From positions 4,558 to 68,557 of the IMG/VR virus record IMGVR_UViG_3300010354_000073: a stretch of DNA of 64,000 nucleotides; one strand, 5' to 3'. Both the position numbers and the translations under genes were made by a program. Positions 19,601 through 29,378 of the stretch are shown here, piece by piece. Source of the DNA: a virus. The notes below the pieces were generated by a model, which was not told the origin of the DNA, made no database searches, and worked only from the letters and a program-made list of their open reading frames with translations. Position 1 is the stretch's first letter; each line of letters opens with the position of its first letter.

Positions 19601-19929
19601 GCTGAAAAATTAGGTTCTACAAAACTAGCGCCAGATGTATGCGGAACAATGGTTCTGTAAAGAACATTACCGTACTTTACAATATCATTTAATTTGTAGA
19701 AAGTGGATGCCGCCCAATTTCCTTTATTGAAAATACCTTCTGTATGAAGTTGCCATCTACCATTATCGGTAGAATACCAGAAAGATTGGTTGGACGCTGA
19801 TGTGTGATTTGAAACACATACGTAAGTGTTGGCGCCAAATTTTACAATGTCATCAATAACATATGCAGTATTGACTGTCCAATCACCTCTCCAATTAAAT
19901 TTTAATCTACCTAATCTGAAATCTGCCAT
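16663..19929 (-). CDS. Tail fibre-like protein with N-terminal Trp repeats and a beta-helix-like region
   Basis: MADFRLGRLKFNWRGDW; repeated W....Y..GDxV..GG.SYV modules (ChW/CBM5/12-like); YYVTVNGNNLNDG...IYVKAGTYYE pectin-lyase-like start. Confidence 0.75.
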   Translation of the reverse strand: MADFRLGRLKFNWRGDWTVNTAYVIDDIVKFGANTYVCVSNHTSASNQSFWYSTDNGRWQLHTEGIFNKGNWAASTFYKLNDIVKYGNVLYRTIVPHTSGASFVEPNFSAYLDGLRFEDTWNNTDQFQPGDIVTHGGYSYVAKTINVNKAPNLFLDSDWEILTTGFKVVGTWNDSATFKPGDVVLLGGNSYVAKVTNSNKIPSANPTEWSFVVGGFTWKGTWTTVTTYQPGDAVSRNSNSYICVATSTNNTPETDATGTYWNSLAQGAQTNVLTTSGDTVYQAGSGPARLPIGQQGQVLTVGSTGYPEWKENNKTDPVYYVTVNGNNLNDGENITNAFASLRHACDNITGPATIYVKAGTYYETLPIIVPEQVAIVGDNLRTSVIKPAVGNSSTVKLTLATVPLPQYRVLGATVQAGGGAPKTGMILDVQSGGSVIIIKPLTGGAWTTSDTFEAGITDIAITAVDAITNENSTMFFMSNKTMLKDLVMDGMNGFVPSVSDPKDMNTATVKGVFLRLNPNSPTTKSPYISQCSAFSNTGVGAIVDGNVHSKWEGTATPSNKSMLFDSFTQIHEQGGVGFWITNNGNSEIVSCFTYYAHISYAATRGGNIRSLAGNSSWGNYAIVSSGYNTDEATLNGNIDGKELNYTTVSLVGSFNSGERITGLTSGAIGEIISWQSSVQKLLYRPLKGTFAQNEGIIGQETGATATLVNNSSANQGTSGYTFALSGLSAAPKPGGSIEFITGPGGAGEDPFTYVVANSSYSAPSGRGTLSVTRGLLGSAAAAHNGLSTLIRYQTGTSTTLTAPISSTSDSTIYVTSITGITIGGYIIINNEMMGVVAFPTATSITVTRGQEGTTAATHSSSVTVRAIQIKVPAQTTTLRDMLSSDGTIRVLSSTGVLVNDYVKLDNEFMQVTNVATDTTGTTLIVLAQTKPTPSYDQQGFKIRYLYSQVRLTGHDFLNIGTGGKVTTNFPNSPLSAPAPGNEVTEAFPGRVFFVSTDQDGNFTVGRYFKVNQATGSTTLNASSFDLSGLSSLRLGSIGAQLGESISEFSADVTLSANSNSKVPTQRAVKSYVDKKTKTKGFTFWAGGA

Positions 19930-19941
19930 TTTCGTTCCTTA

Positions 19942-20340
19942 TTATTTGGGGCCTTCTGTGGTGTGATTATATGCTTCGTTGAAGCGAATAACAAAATAAC
20001 CATCACTATCAATAAAATATGTCACTTTACGACTATCAAACCTGTACTGTTGATATTTATCTTGTGGATGATTGTAATATGATTTATCCTCTGTAGTTTC
20101 TTCTACATAGTCGTAGACACCAGTTGCTATATCTAGATAAGGAGTTCCATCCAATCTATAAAAATCGGCAACTTCACTATCAATACTTCTAATTTTAGTG
20201 TAAACCAACATGCCATCAGCGTCTCTACGCAAGGCATGAATAGTAAAATCATTACCTAGAGTATAATTATTAGATCCAAACCCAGAGGAATTAGATCCAC
20301 CAGATGAAGATCTGTAACTATCGCTGATATACATTGTCAT
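19942..20340 (-). CDS. Hypothetical virion-associated protein
   Basis: 132 aa ORF, ATGA-coupled to upstream gene within the structural operon. Confidence 0.65.
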   Translation of the reverse strand: MTMYISDSYRSSSGGSNSSGFGSNNYTLGNDFTIHALRRDADGMLVYTKIRSIDSEVADFYRLDGTPYLDIATGVYDYVEETTEDKSYYNHPQDKYQQYRFDSRKVTYFIDSDGYFVIRFNEAYNHTTEGPK

Positions 20341-20795
20341 ACGATTACCCTCCAGTAAGTGCCGTCCCAGATTAATTGAACTCTTGCTCCTTTCAGATCA
20401 AATACTAATGGTGAATCGACGACTTCAAAAGTATTTTGAAACTGTCTATTAATAGGATCAATGATCGTAACATTATTTATATCCCATGTAAAAGAAACAT
20501 CAACAAATTCCATACTGTCTCCAGCTTTTGGAACAAGTTGATTGTTATACAAAGGTAATGTCAAAGTTAATGGACCACCAGAAGTATCAACCAAATATCT
20601 CAAACTGGTTCCTAATACTTGTGATGTATTAATGTACTCCCATCTAGCTCTATAAACATCAAAACCTCCAGTAGTTTGACCGTCATGAATGACAGCCATA
20701 TTCTTGTCAGTATCAATTGTAAGTTCACCTTCCGCTCCAGTAAATAGAGCGTGCTCGGCGGTAGTACCCCTTCTAAATTGTACCTGGGTGGTCAT
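20337..20795 (-). CDS. Tail-associated protein with Mtd-N-like (QFRRGT...GELTIDTD) domain
   Basis: MTTQVQFRRGTTAEHALFTGAEGELTIDTDKNMAVIHDG motif. Confidence 0.75.
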   Translation of the reverse strand: MTTQVQFRRGTTAEHALFTGAEGELTIDTDKNMAVIHDGQTTGGFDVYRARWEYINTSQVLGTSLRYLVDTSGGPLTLTLPLYNNQLVPKAGDSMEFVDVSFTWDINNVTIIDPINRQFQNTFEVVDSPLVFDLKGARVQLIWDGTYWRVIV

Positions 20796-20817
20796 TATTT
20801 CTATAAGATACCAAAAA

Positions 20818-20825
20818 TATTTATA
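20818..20825 (-). promoter_or_regulatory. T4-type late promoter TATAAATA
   Basis: Exact consensus upstream of 20795. Confidence 0.7.
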
Positions 20826-20828
20826 ATA

Positions 20829-23800
20829 TCAAACAATCCATCCGTATGCTCTTTGTGGAGAAGCATGTACCTTTCTGTTAATTGATTGACCAGTGACAAC
20901 CAGTACACCAAATCCAGAATATTTGCTTGCTGGAGATGTTTCTTGTGCTTTACCAAATTCGAATATTCTTCCAGATCCATTATACCCAACAGAAATGACG
21001 GATCTAGATTCACCAGAAATTCTGACAGTTCCTGAACCAACATGAGATAGACCAACTGTTGGTTCTTCTGCTTTACTACGCTTGCGTATGGAACCAGAAC
21101 CAAAGTAAACATTTGATTCTTTGAGTTGTGCAAGACCATAGAAATTAATATTTCCAGAACCAACATATGGTATTCTAGTGAACGAAACACCTGCTGATCC
21201 CTGAAGATTAATATCAATTTCTCCATCATGCGACTTGGATTTCGCAGTTCTTGTGAATCCAGAAATCTTAAATAATGTATCAGTTTGATAATTAATCGTG
21301 GCAGATTCTGCAGATCCTCCAATTGCAAATACAACGCCACTACCATTGTATGGAGTAATAACAGAAGTTCTGGCAGATCCAGTGAGTTTGATATCAACCG
21401 TAAACGATTCTGCAGTTGAAGAAACTTCTGCAGCACCAGAGAACGTAGATATACTTCCAATCCCTTCATACGCTTTAATTTCAGCGTAAGAAGCAAATCC
21501 GCCAACAGAAATTGTGCCAGTAGTTTCATATGCAAATCTTTCTCTATCAATAGAATTACCAATAGAGAATAGATTTCCTTTACCAGAGTATGATTTGGAT
21601 TTGGAATCTACATCATTACCAATAAATCTAAATAAGTTTTGTGCTTCGCTTGTAGAAACTTGTGTTTCTGGTACAACTGCAGTTGATTCTGCAGAACCAG
21701 ATGCACTGTACAGAATTCCTTCGCCACGGTATGCTTCTGTATTTCTTTCAGTTGCAGATCCACTAATTGAGAACAATAATTGTTCTTCAGATGGATTGTA
21801 TGCAACAGATTCTGCTGCACCAGAAAGATTGGTAATAACTCCAGAACCAATGTGGCGTAGCGAGAAGTTGGTTTTGCCAACTCCAGAAGTTCTAATAAAT
21901 CCATCTCCACGTTCAAATCTAACAAGATAAACATTCGAAACTTCACCAGAAATATCAATTTCAACTTGCTCAACTTTTGTAATGGAAACTCTTTCTTGTG
22001 CTTTACCGCTAAAGGAGAATAGAACTTGTTCTTCGTCTGGATTGACTGTGAAGGATTCTGCTGCTCCACCAACAGAGAATATAGAACCAAATCCATCATA
22101 AACATCAGTTTCACTGTATGTCGTTGTTGTATCAACATAAATTGTTCCAGATCCATTGAAGTTTGGAATGTATCTGGTTTTAAATGCATTACCATAGATG
22201 CGAGTTGATACATCACCAACTTCAGAACGACTAATTTTTTCAGATTCCCTTGAACCAGAAATTTGAATGTCGGTCGTAATATCTGGAGGATTGACAGAAA
22301 TTGCTTCTGCTGCTCCACCAATGGAGAATATAGATCCAGAACCAATATGACGAAGAGAGAAGTTTGTCTTACCGATTCCAGTAATATCAATTTCAATTCT
22401 TGGTTGCTCGGCAAAGGTAAGAATTTCTGGAGAAGATGATCCAGAAATATTATGAATAATACCAGATCCAATCTCTCTAAATCCAACCGATTCAACAAGA
22501 TCACCTGATAATTTAATATCTGTGGTAATATCTCGTGGATTATATCCTACAGATTCTGCGGCGCCAGAGAATACAGAGAACAATCCAGAACCATAGTAAG
22601 ATTCTGTATTTCTTTCAATTCCTGTTCCAGATATGCTGATTTGAATTGTTGGTTGTTCAGCATAGGTGAGAATTGGTATCTCAACTTCACCTGATAATTT
22701 AAACTCAACACTACCATTATAATTTGCATAAGAGAACGATTGTCTACCAAATCCGAAGAATTTAAGATCTGTGGTTTGATCTGGTGGATTGATAACAAAC
22801 GCTTCTGCTGCTCCAGCAAATGCAAATATAGTACCAGATCCATTCCAGTTTGGTAAGAACTTCTCGCTACCAGCACCAGAAACAAAAATTCTCGCTGTTG
22901 GTTGCTCTGCAAATGTGCGAATTGGAGTGGAAATTTCTCCAAAGATATTAAGAGAAGCATCACCAACATTTGCTGAAACAAATTTTTGTGATGCAAATCC
23001 ATTAAAGTTGAGAAGAATCTGCTCCTCGTCTGGACTAAATGCACGAGTAACAGCAGCACCAGATAGAGATCTGATAACTCCAGAACCGTTAAAGTTAGGA
23101 ATTCTATTTGTTATTGCGGATCCAGAAATAATAATGTTGGCAACTTCTACCTCAGAAACAGTAGACGATTCAACTGCTCCGCCGAATCCAAATAGTACGC
23201 CGCCTTCAATTGGTACAAATGTAGAGGTGCTTTCTCCACCAATACCAGAAATCTTAATGTCTGTTGTAATATCTGGTGGATTGGCGCCAAACGCTTCTGC
23301 TGCTCCAGCAAATGCAAATATACTTCCAGAACCAGCATAAGATTCTGTGCGTCTTTCTGCGGCAGATCCAAAGATATCAATATTGATGAAACGTTCTGCT
23401 GCATTAAGGATTGTCTCGTAACCTTCTCCAGAAATCTTAATTTCTAATGTAGAGGAAGGTGGAGTAAATCCTGTGACTTCTGCTGCAGAACCAGAAAGTT
23501 TGATATCAGTTGTAATATCTGGTGGATTGAATAGAACAGATTCTGCTGCTCCACCAAATCCAAACAGGACCCCTTCTCCAGAATGGAATGGTGGGAATCT
23601 AATCTTAACCTCTCCAGAAAGAGGTCCGATGATTCCACTTCCAACCTGGAGGAGAGAGAAGTTAGTTTTGGAAATACCGAAGATATTAAAATCACCAAAT
23701 GGATATCTAGTGATATTTGGAATAATGTATTCGTAATCGTCTGTAATTGAAGGAATTTGTAGAATTCCTTCGTAATCATAACTATTTGCATGATTATTTG

Positions 23801-25823
23801 ATACAGACCCATAATCGAGATGTGTATATTCAACAATTGAAGAAGTATTGTAAGAATAAGTTCTTCTCTCTTCTTTATTTGATATCTCAAATAGACGACC
23901 AAATCCAGAGTAAGTATTTGAAGTGACAATATACGCCGCTTCAGATTCTATACGTATAGTACCAAACGAGTTCCAATTAGGAGTGAATGATGTATTAGCA
24001 TAACCAATAACTCTAATTGGAACAGGGTCTTCTAGAGGATTAGCGCCGAATGCTTCTGCTGCCCCATTAATTGCAAATATTGAACCTGATCCATTGTAAT
24101 GGCGTAGTTTTCTAGTTTCGGCAGATTCAATATTGAATAGTAAACCTTGTCCAGAGTAGCTATTAGTGATTGTTGAATATACAACACCAGTAATATTAAG
24201 AGTGGATTCTTGTACTTTTGCTGGTGTAGAAGTTGCTTCTGCTGCTCCACCAAATAGTGGTAAGTATCCAGAAGTAGTGTGACCTATACTGAAGTTTGGT
24301 CTTGTTAGAGATACTAGGTTGAGAGCACCAAATGGATAATTTGAAATAGTATCTCTAATATAACCCCAATCGGTTCTTCCAGAATTTGGTTCTGAAACCA
24401 AACCATTATCCCACGAAGATGTGTGGATTTCAGAAACTAAACCATAATCTAAATAATCGAAGAATTCTATAGATGATGTATTATATGAATACGTTCTTCT
24501 TTCTTCTTTGGATACTAAATTAAATAGACGACCAAATCCAGATTCAGAATAAGAAGTACGAACATCAATTGCTGCACCAGAAATACTAGTTGAACCTCTA
24601 CTGATCCAATTTGGAGTAAATGCAATTGTTGCAGATCCAGAAGATTTAACAATACCAGAACCAACATACGATTCTGTATTTAATTCTACCGAAGATATTC
24701 TTGTGAATAGTTTACCAGATCCTTCATAACCATAAGACCTTCTTTGTTCTCCTCCTCCAATACTGAACAGAGAACCAGATCCAGGATGTAATAACGAGAA
24801 GTTTGGTTTTGCTGATCCAGAAACAAGAATTTCCGAGTAAGAAATCCATATTGGTTTCTGTTTTATGAATGCAACACCAGAAAGTTTAATTACACCAGAA
24901 CCAACCCATGTTGGTTTGAACGAATATAAAGATTCTCCAGATATTCTCTTACTTCCAAATGGATATCTTGTGAAAGTATCTCTAATTAATCCCCAATCTT
25001 CATGAACATTAGTTATTACATCTAGATCTGCATGTTGTATGAACGAAGAAGCAGATTGAGAAACTGATCCATAATCTAGATAATTGAAATCAAATACTGA
25101 AGATCCATTATAAGAATATACTCTTCGCTCAACCTTAGTTGATAGAGACAATATGGATCCAGACCCAACATAAGAAAATACTTTGTTGGTTTGTGTTAAT
25201 GATAATGTTGGTAAAGTGCCCTCTCCAAGATATGATCTGGTTTGTGCCAGTTCAGACGCACCATAAACATTGAAGAGTCCACTTGTTTTAAACGCTCTCG
25301 CTTGTGTCGTTGACGAGAGAGATGTTGAGAATATTTTGCCAGCACCGAAGTGCTGGACTGTTCTTGAGATATTGGTAGATGTTCTAAATCTTACAATACC
25401 ATTAGCATTATAATTAGGTACAAATTTACTTTGACCTATTCCAGATACCCTTACTGTTCCAGAAACTATCCAAGGAGCTACTAATCTTGTATACGACTTA
25501 CCAAATTCAAATATTTGACCACTACCAACGTAGTGTTTCTTAACCTTGAATGTAGTGCTACTTGCTAGCTTTATGTCTCCGAATGCATAACGACTCTGCT
25601 CGTATCTTATGTAACCCCAATCTTCGCGGGTATAAGATTCTTGCTGAGTCACTGATCCATGATCTATTATAACTGTTGGAGCAGATAATAAACTTGGACC
25701 CAAATCCAAGTGTATAAAAATATCTTCAATTCCTGGTACATAGCTATAGGAAATTGACTCCCCAAGAAATACAAATCTACGGGGAGTTATGTTACCTGTA
25801 CCAGCATATGAAAATACTGACAT
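20829..25823 (-). CDS. Large repetitive Gly/Ser-rich virion protein (fibre-like)
   Basis: 1664 aa; many YxGSGxIFxxxGAAE and NPPDITTDIKxSG repeats plus RRxYSYN...YLDYG...DWGxIR...YPFG repeats. Confidence 0.75.
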   Translation of the reverse strand: MSVFSYAGTGNITPRRFVFLGESISYSYVPGIEDIFIHLDLGPSLLSAPTVIIDHGSVTQQESYTREDWGYIRYEQSRYAFGDIKLASSTTFKVKKHYVGSGQIFEFGKSYTRLVAPWIVSGTVRVSGIGQSKFVPNYNANGIVRFRTSTNISRTVQHFGAGKIFSTSLSSTTQARAFKTSGLFNVYGASELAQTRSYLGEGTLPTLSLTQTNKVFSYVGSGSILSLSTKVERRVYSYNGSSVFDFNYLDYGSVSQSASSFIQHADLDVITNVHEDWGLIRDTFTRYPFGSKRISGESLYSFKPTWVGSGVIKLSGVAFIKQKPIWISYSEILVSGSAKPNFSLLHPGSGSLFSIGGGEQRRSYGYEGSGKLFTRISSVELNTESYVGSGIVKSSGSATIAFTPNWISRGSTSISGAAIDVRTSYSESGFGRLFNLVSKEERRTYSYNTSSIEFFDYLDYGLVSEIHTSSWDNGLVSEPNSGRTDWGYIRDTISNYPFGALNLVSLTRPNFSIGHTTSGYLPLFGGAAEATSTPAKVQESTLNITGVVYSTITNSYSGQGLLFNIESAETRKLRHYNGSGSIFAINGAAEAFGANPLEDPVPIRVIGYANTSFTPNWNSFGTIRIESEAAYIVTSNTYSGFGRLFEISNKEERRTYSYNTSSIVEYTHLDYGSVSNNHANSYDYEGILQIPSITDDYEYIIPNITRYPFGDFNIFGISKTNFSLLQVGSGIIGPLSGEVKIRFPPFHSGEGVLFGFGGAAESVLFNPPDITTDIKLSGSAAEVTGFTPPSSTLEIKISGEGYETILNAAERFINIDIFGSAAERRTESYAGSGSIFAFAGAAEAFGANPPDITTDIKISGIGGESTSTFVPIEGGVLFGFGGAVESSTVSEVEVANIIISGSAITNRIPNFNGSGVIRSLSGAAVTRAFSPDEEQILLNFNGFASQKFVSANVGDASLNIFGEISTPIRTFAEQPTARIFVSGAGSEKFLPNWNGSGTIFAFAGAAEAFVINPPDQTTDLKFFGFGRQSFSYANYNGSVEFKLSGEVEIPILTYAEQPTIQISISGTGIERNTESYYGSGLFSVFSGAAESVGYNPRDITTDIKLSGDLVESVGFREIGSGIIHNISGSSSPEILTFAEQPRIEIDITGIGKTNFSLRHIGSGSIFSIGGAAEAISVNPPDITTDIQISGSRESEKISRSEVGDVSTRIYGNAFKTRYIPNFNGSGTIYVDTTTTYSETDVYDGFGSIFSVGGAAESFTVNPDEEQVLFSFSGKAQERVSITKVEQVEIDISGEVSNVYLVRFERGDGFIRTSGVGKTNFSLRHIGSGVITNLSGAAESVAYNPSEEQLLFSISGSATERNTEAYRGEGILYSASGSAESTAVVPETQVSTSEAQNLFRFIGNDVDSKSKSYSGKGNLFSIGNSIDRERFAYETTGTISVGGFASYAEIKAYEGIGSISTFSGAAEVSSTAESFTVDIKLTGSARTSVITPYNGSGVVFAIGGSAESATINYQTDTLFKISGFTRTAKSKSHDGEIDINLQGSAGVSFTRIPYVGSGNINFYGLAQLKESNVYFGSGSIRKRSKAEEPTVGLSHVGSGTVRISGESRSVISVGYNGSGRIFEFGKAQETSPASKYSGFGVLVVTGQSINRKVHASPQRAYGWIV

Positions 25824-25841
25824 CTATCAACTTACACAGAT

Positions 25842-25873
25842 AAAAAATGGGGGATCGTTGTGCAATCCCCCCA
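25842..25873 (-). terminator. Rho-independent terminator
   Basis: ATGGGGGGAT...ATCCCCCATTTTTT on minus strand after the 25898 stop. Confidence 0.7.
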
Positions 25874-25897
25874 TAATAAAGAATTCAATTGGATTAA

Positions 25898-27286
25898 TCA
25901 GTCGAGGCTGACGTTTAGAGTTACTTTAATTTGGTCACCAGAGTTTTGAATAGCGTATGGACCATTTGTAAATCTTTCAGCGAAGAAAATTGAACTATAA
26001 AGAGTTAAAGATCCAGTTCCTTTAAGTGCTTTGGTTGTAGTAAAGGTGTTAGAATCAATAACGTTGAAAACGGTGTATGTTCCAGAAACAGTGGTTGTGT
26101 TTCCAGTACCTTGTGCAATATAAATTACATCGCCTTTTACAAGGCCATGACCAGTTGCAGTAACCTTGCTATAATCGAAAAGAACAGTGTCATTTCCGTT
26201 TGAAGGTTGGATGTTATCAATTAGGATGTTGCTTAAATAAACTTTAACGGTTCCGTTTACAGCATCAGTTTCTTCGTCAATACCAATGATGACCGTATTT
26301 GCATCGATACCATTTGGAGATGCTGTCTGAGAAACTGCCATACCGTTGGTTAGATCTTCACCAACATTCTTGAGGAAGTTTACGTTTCCAGCAACAGCGC
26401 CTAGTAAAGCTTTGCTTAGATATACTGTAGTTCCAGCAATACCAACAACACGAGTACCAGAAGCAACGTTTGTTCCCGTTACACGCTGATTAACTGCCAC
26501 TCCCGAGGTAGAAGTTACAGAAAGTGAGAACTGACCAGAGGTTCCAGTAGCAGCGGTTGTGTTAGTAACAGCAGCAAGAGTGATGTAATTGTTACCAATA
26601 GTTCCTCTTACACCAGTTTTGGAGATTTGAGTTCCTACTGCAGCAGTAGCAGCATCAGCAACACCATGAATAGTTGTTGGCATATTATTGCCACGAACCA
26701 ACATGTATCCATAAACATCACCAGCAGCGCCACTAAAAGTAAATGTTTGCTCTGGATAAGAAGCAGTTGTTCTACCACGTCCAAATGAAAGTGGTTGAGT
26801 TGTGAACGTACCAGTGTTCTTTACGCTCAATTCTAGATTTAAATTATCAATATCAACTACGTAAGCTCCAGTTCCAACTGAACCACCAGTTACATAGTCG
26901 CCTTTTTTAATACCTGCGTTTGAAGTTACGGTAATACCGTAAGTTCCAGTAGTGCCAGATCCGTTCACAGTAACTGCAGCGGTTGGAAGAGTTTCAATAT
27001 TCCAACGATTGCCGTTTAAAAGGATGCCATACTGAGCAGCATAATCTTGATCTGTTCTGTTATTAATACATGCTGGATATCCAGTTACAGGAGCACTTCC
27101 GTAACCAAGAGTGTTATTATTGGTATATGGCTCATAATAAGCAGTTTGAGAAGGAGTATCGCTCTCAACTGGATATGTGTTTGTTGTAAAAAGTTTCAGA
27201 ATGAGATTTCTGGGAATAGATTGATTGTAATTTAACAAATTACGTAGAGATTCAATTTCCCCATTATCTGTGACTAAAAGTGCCAT
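25898..27286 (-). CDS. Virion structural protein
   Basis: MALLVTDNGE...LILKLF...AERFTNGPYAIQNSGDQIKVTLNVSLD, typical cyanomyophage structural protein. Confidence 0.75.
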   Translation of the reverse strand: MALLVTDNGEIESLRNLLNYNQSIPRNLILKLFTTNTYPVESDTPSQTAYYEPYTNNNTLGYGSAPVTGYPACINNRTDQDYAAQYGILLNGNRWNIETLPTAAVTVNGSGTTGTYGITVTSNAGIKKGDYVTGGSVGTGAYVVDIDNLNLELSVKNTGTFTTQPLSFGRGRTTASYPEQTFTFSGAAGDVYGYMLVRGNNMPTTIHGVADAATAAVGTQISKTGVRGTIGNNYITLAAVTNTTAATGTSGQFSLSVTSTSGVAVNQRVTGTNVASGTRVVGIAGTTVYLSKALLGAVAGNVNFLKNVGEDLTNGMAVSQTASPNGIDANTVIIGIDEETDAVNGTVKVYLSNILIDNIQPSNGNDTVLFDYSKVTATGHGLVKGDVIYIAQGTGNTTTVSGTYTVFNVIDSNTFTTTKALKGTGSLTLYSSIFFAERFTNGPYAIQNSGDQIKVTLNVSLD

Positions 27287-27319
27287 TTAAACTCTCCGAG
27301 ATTCCTTTGCGTTTACTTT

Positions 27320-27343
27320 TATTTATATCCTGTTGTATTTATA
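27320..27343 (-). promoter_or_regulatory. Two T4-type late promoters TATAAATA (27320-27327, 27336-27343)
   Basis: Two exact consensus copies upstream of 27286. Confidence 0.65.
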
Positions 27344-28058
27344 ATTTCAATTTCAATGAAACTACAAATCTTGTTATGTTAACTGCATAAACAACTTCAA
27401 ACTGAAAAATGTCTCCAGCATTTACTTGTGATTGCCAAGTAGTCAAATTTTCATCTTTATTTTTTCTTTGAGTAGATTGATTTAAAATCCCCAAACGAGG
27501 AGGTTCTGAACCAACGATTGAGGTAAAATTTGGAAAATTGTTATAGGTGCATTTTTTAATATCTAATTCCAAATTTCCTTCAGTATCTGATACAACTGTC
27601 CAAGAATCAATAGTACCAGTTACATCAATAGTCATGTTTCCTTTTGGTCCTGGGGACATTACAAAAGAACCACTATCAATTACATAGTTTAGCGTTCTAG
27701 TTAAATCTGCAGTAGTAGCTAAAGCAACACCAAAGAAAATTGAAGAACTACTAGGTGGGTTTGTAAAAATAATTTGATTTGATGATACAGTATAATCTGT
27801 CGAGGGATCTAAAACTACGTTATCAATCGATATTATTAGTTGTTGTGCATTTAAAGGATAATATGATTCTCCATCTACAGATAATGGAAATGTGGTTTCA
27901 ACACCGTCAAACTGAGGAGATATATTATCTAATATTAAATTTGAATATTGAGTAGATTTAGATGGTATTTCATAATTAACGTCAAGAGAATATTGAGGAC
28001 TTGGCCTATATCCAATTCTATATTGATTATTCGCTACCCTTACGTTATAAGACATCAA
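27339..28058 (-). CDS. Baseplate/virion structural protein
   Basis: LDNISPQFDGVETTFPL...QQLIISIDNVVLDP repeat also present in gp7. Confidence 0.7.
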   Translation of the reverse strand: MMSYNVRVANNQYRIGYRPSPQYSLDVNYEIPSKSTQYSNLILDNISPQFDGVETTFPLSVDGESYYPLNAQQLIISIDNVVLDPSTDYTVSSNQIIFTNPPSSSSIFFGVALATTADLTRTLNYVIDSGSFVMSPGPKGNMTIDVTGTIDSWTVVSDTEGNLELDIKKCTYNNFPNFTSIVGSEPPRLGILNQSTQRKNKDENLTTWQSQVNAGDIFQFEVVYAVNITRFVVSLKLKL

Positions 28059-28387
28059 GAAACTCCTGGAGTTACCTCAACAATGCCCTCAATTACTCTT
28101 GTTTTATAATTATTTGGTGAAGTAATTAAAATATCATAAACATATCTTCTTCTATCTAAAGCACCCGTTTGCGATGCAGTTAAAGATATTTTAATTTCTC
28201 CTAAAGTTCTATTTAAAAATGTCAGTGTAAAAGGTATGCTTGTGGTCGCAGCATAACTTTTTTTAAGTGCAGAAACACCAGTGTACCCAGTTAAATTTAA
28301 CGGAGTTCCATCTTTATTGCTTAAGTAAAAAGTCGCATCAAAGTTTGCATTTTTATCTATTACAATATTAACTGGTATTGCAGACAT
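28055..28387 (-). CDS. Small virion structural protein
   Basis: NIVIDKNANF...LNLTGY...YVYDI...RVIEGIVEVTPGVS, widespread phage structural family. Confidence 0.7.
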   Translation of the reverse strand: MSAIPVNIVIDKNANFDATFYLSNKDGTPLNLTGYTGVSALKKSYAATTSIPFTLTFLNRTLGEIKISLTASQTGALDRRRYVYDILITSPNNYKTRVIEGIVEVTPGVS

Positions 28388-28393
28388 CTTTAA

Positions 28394-28573
28394 TTATTCT
28401 TCCGCTTTGATTTCTTCAACCTGTTGAGATAATAATTCCAATGCTTCTAATGCACCAAGAAGTTTAGTTTTATACTCCTTTACATTTGAAAGATCTTCTT
28501 CAATTTTAATAATTTTTAAAGTTGCTTCATTTAGTTGAGATTGAAATTTTTCTCTTAATTCTGATGTAGTCAT
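28394..28573 (-). CDS. Small coiled-coil hypothetical protein (59 aa, not in ORF track)
   Basis: MTTSELREKFQSQLNEATLKIIKIEEDLSNVKEYKTKLLGALEALELLSQQVEEIKAEE; CATAAATA late promoter at 28596-28603. Confidence 0.75.
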   Translation of the reverse strand: MTTSELREKFQSQLNEATLKIIKIEEDLSNVKEYKTKLLGALEALELLSQQVEEIKAEE

Positions 28574-28598
28574 TTCAATTAATAATAACTCATATTAT

Positions 28599-29378
28599 TT
28601 ATGGCCAAGTAGCAATAGCGACTCGTTTCCAAGTATTTGCCGCAGTACAAATATAAATGTATGAACTATCATATCTTATTTCTCCCGCTGTTCCTGTACT
28701 TGAAGCAGTCGCTGGTGCAGCAGTTGCAGAAAGTTTGCCGACACGAATGCCTAAAAGTTCTACAAACGAAGCAGTAACTCTAGCATCTATATCCGTATTT
28801 GCTCTAGTAGTTGTATAGTAATAATTAGTACCCTCGGAAACATTTGTGGTACTAAATTCAGTAAAATCTAGAGCAAGCGTGTAAGTATTTAAACTATCAT
28901 TATATGTTTTCTGAATTCCAGTTCCAGCTGTAATCAATAAATCAATTCTATCATCAACCTTTTCGTCTGTATAATATAAATTTGTTCCTTCAGTTATATT
29001 TGTGGTACTAAATTCTGTAAAATCAATTGATAATGTCAAAGAATTACCAAGATCATTATATGTCGAAGAAATTCCTGTCCCCCCAACTACTAAAGAGGAA
29101 ACTCTATCATCCACTCTTTCATCGGTGTAATAAAGATTGGTGCCTTCCGTAATATTTGATGTAGAAAATTCTGTAAAATCAATTGATAATGTCAAAGAAT
29201 TGCCAAGATCATTATATGTCGAAGAAATGCCAGTTCCGCCAACAAGTAATGAAGAAACCCTATCATCTACTTTCTCATCAAACGCCAATGACAGATCATT
29301 CACATCACCAGCAAGAGAATTAAATTCTAATCTTGTTTGATCTAAGGTGAAAGTTTTTGCTACGCTACGTAATGTCAT
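28599..29378 (-). CDS. Short fibre-like protein with three 52-aa tandem repeats
   Basis: DDRVSSL.VGGTGISSTYND...TEGTNLYYT repeats; C-terminal APATASSTGTAGEIRYDSSYIYICTAANTWKR fibre motif. Confidence 0.75.
   Translation of the reverse strand: MTLRSVAKTFTLDQTRLEFNSLAGDVNDLSLAFDEKVDDRVSSLLVGGTGISSTYNDLGNSLTLSIDFTEFSTSNITEGTNLYYTDERVDDRVSSLVVGGTGISSTYNDLGNSLTLSIDFTEFSTTNITEGTNLYYTDEKVDDRIDLLITAGTGIQKTYNDSLNTYTLALDFTEFSTTNVSEGTNYYYTTTRANTDIDARVTASFVELLGIRVGKLSATAAPATASSTGTAGEIRYDSSYIYICTAANTWKRVAIATWP
29011..29228. repeat. 156-bp-period intragenic direct repeat
   Basis: 29011-29072 and 29167-29228 match at 61/62 nt. Confidence 0.9.

Noticed and set aside
13108-20795. Diversity-generating retroelement suggested by the Mtd-N-like domain and paralogous tips
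   Set aside because: No reverse transcriptase and no TR/VR pair differing at adenines was seen in the window
20801-24253. Alternate-frame and antisense ORFs within the 1664-aa gene (e.g. 21608..22504, 20801..21562)
   Set aside because: Leu/Gln-rich frame-shift shadows caused by repetitive codon usage; no independent signals
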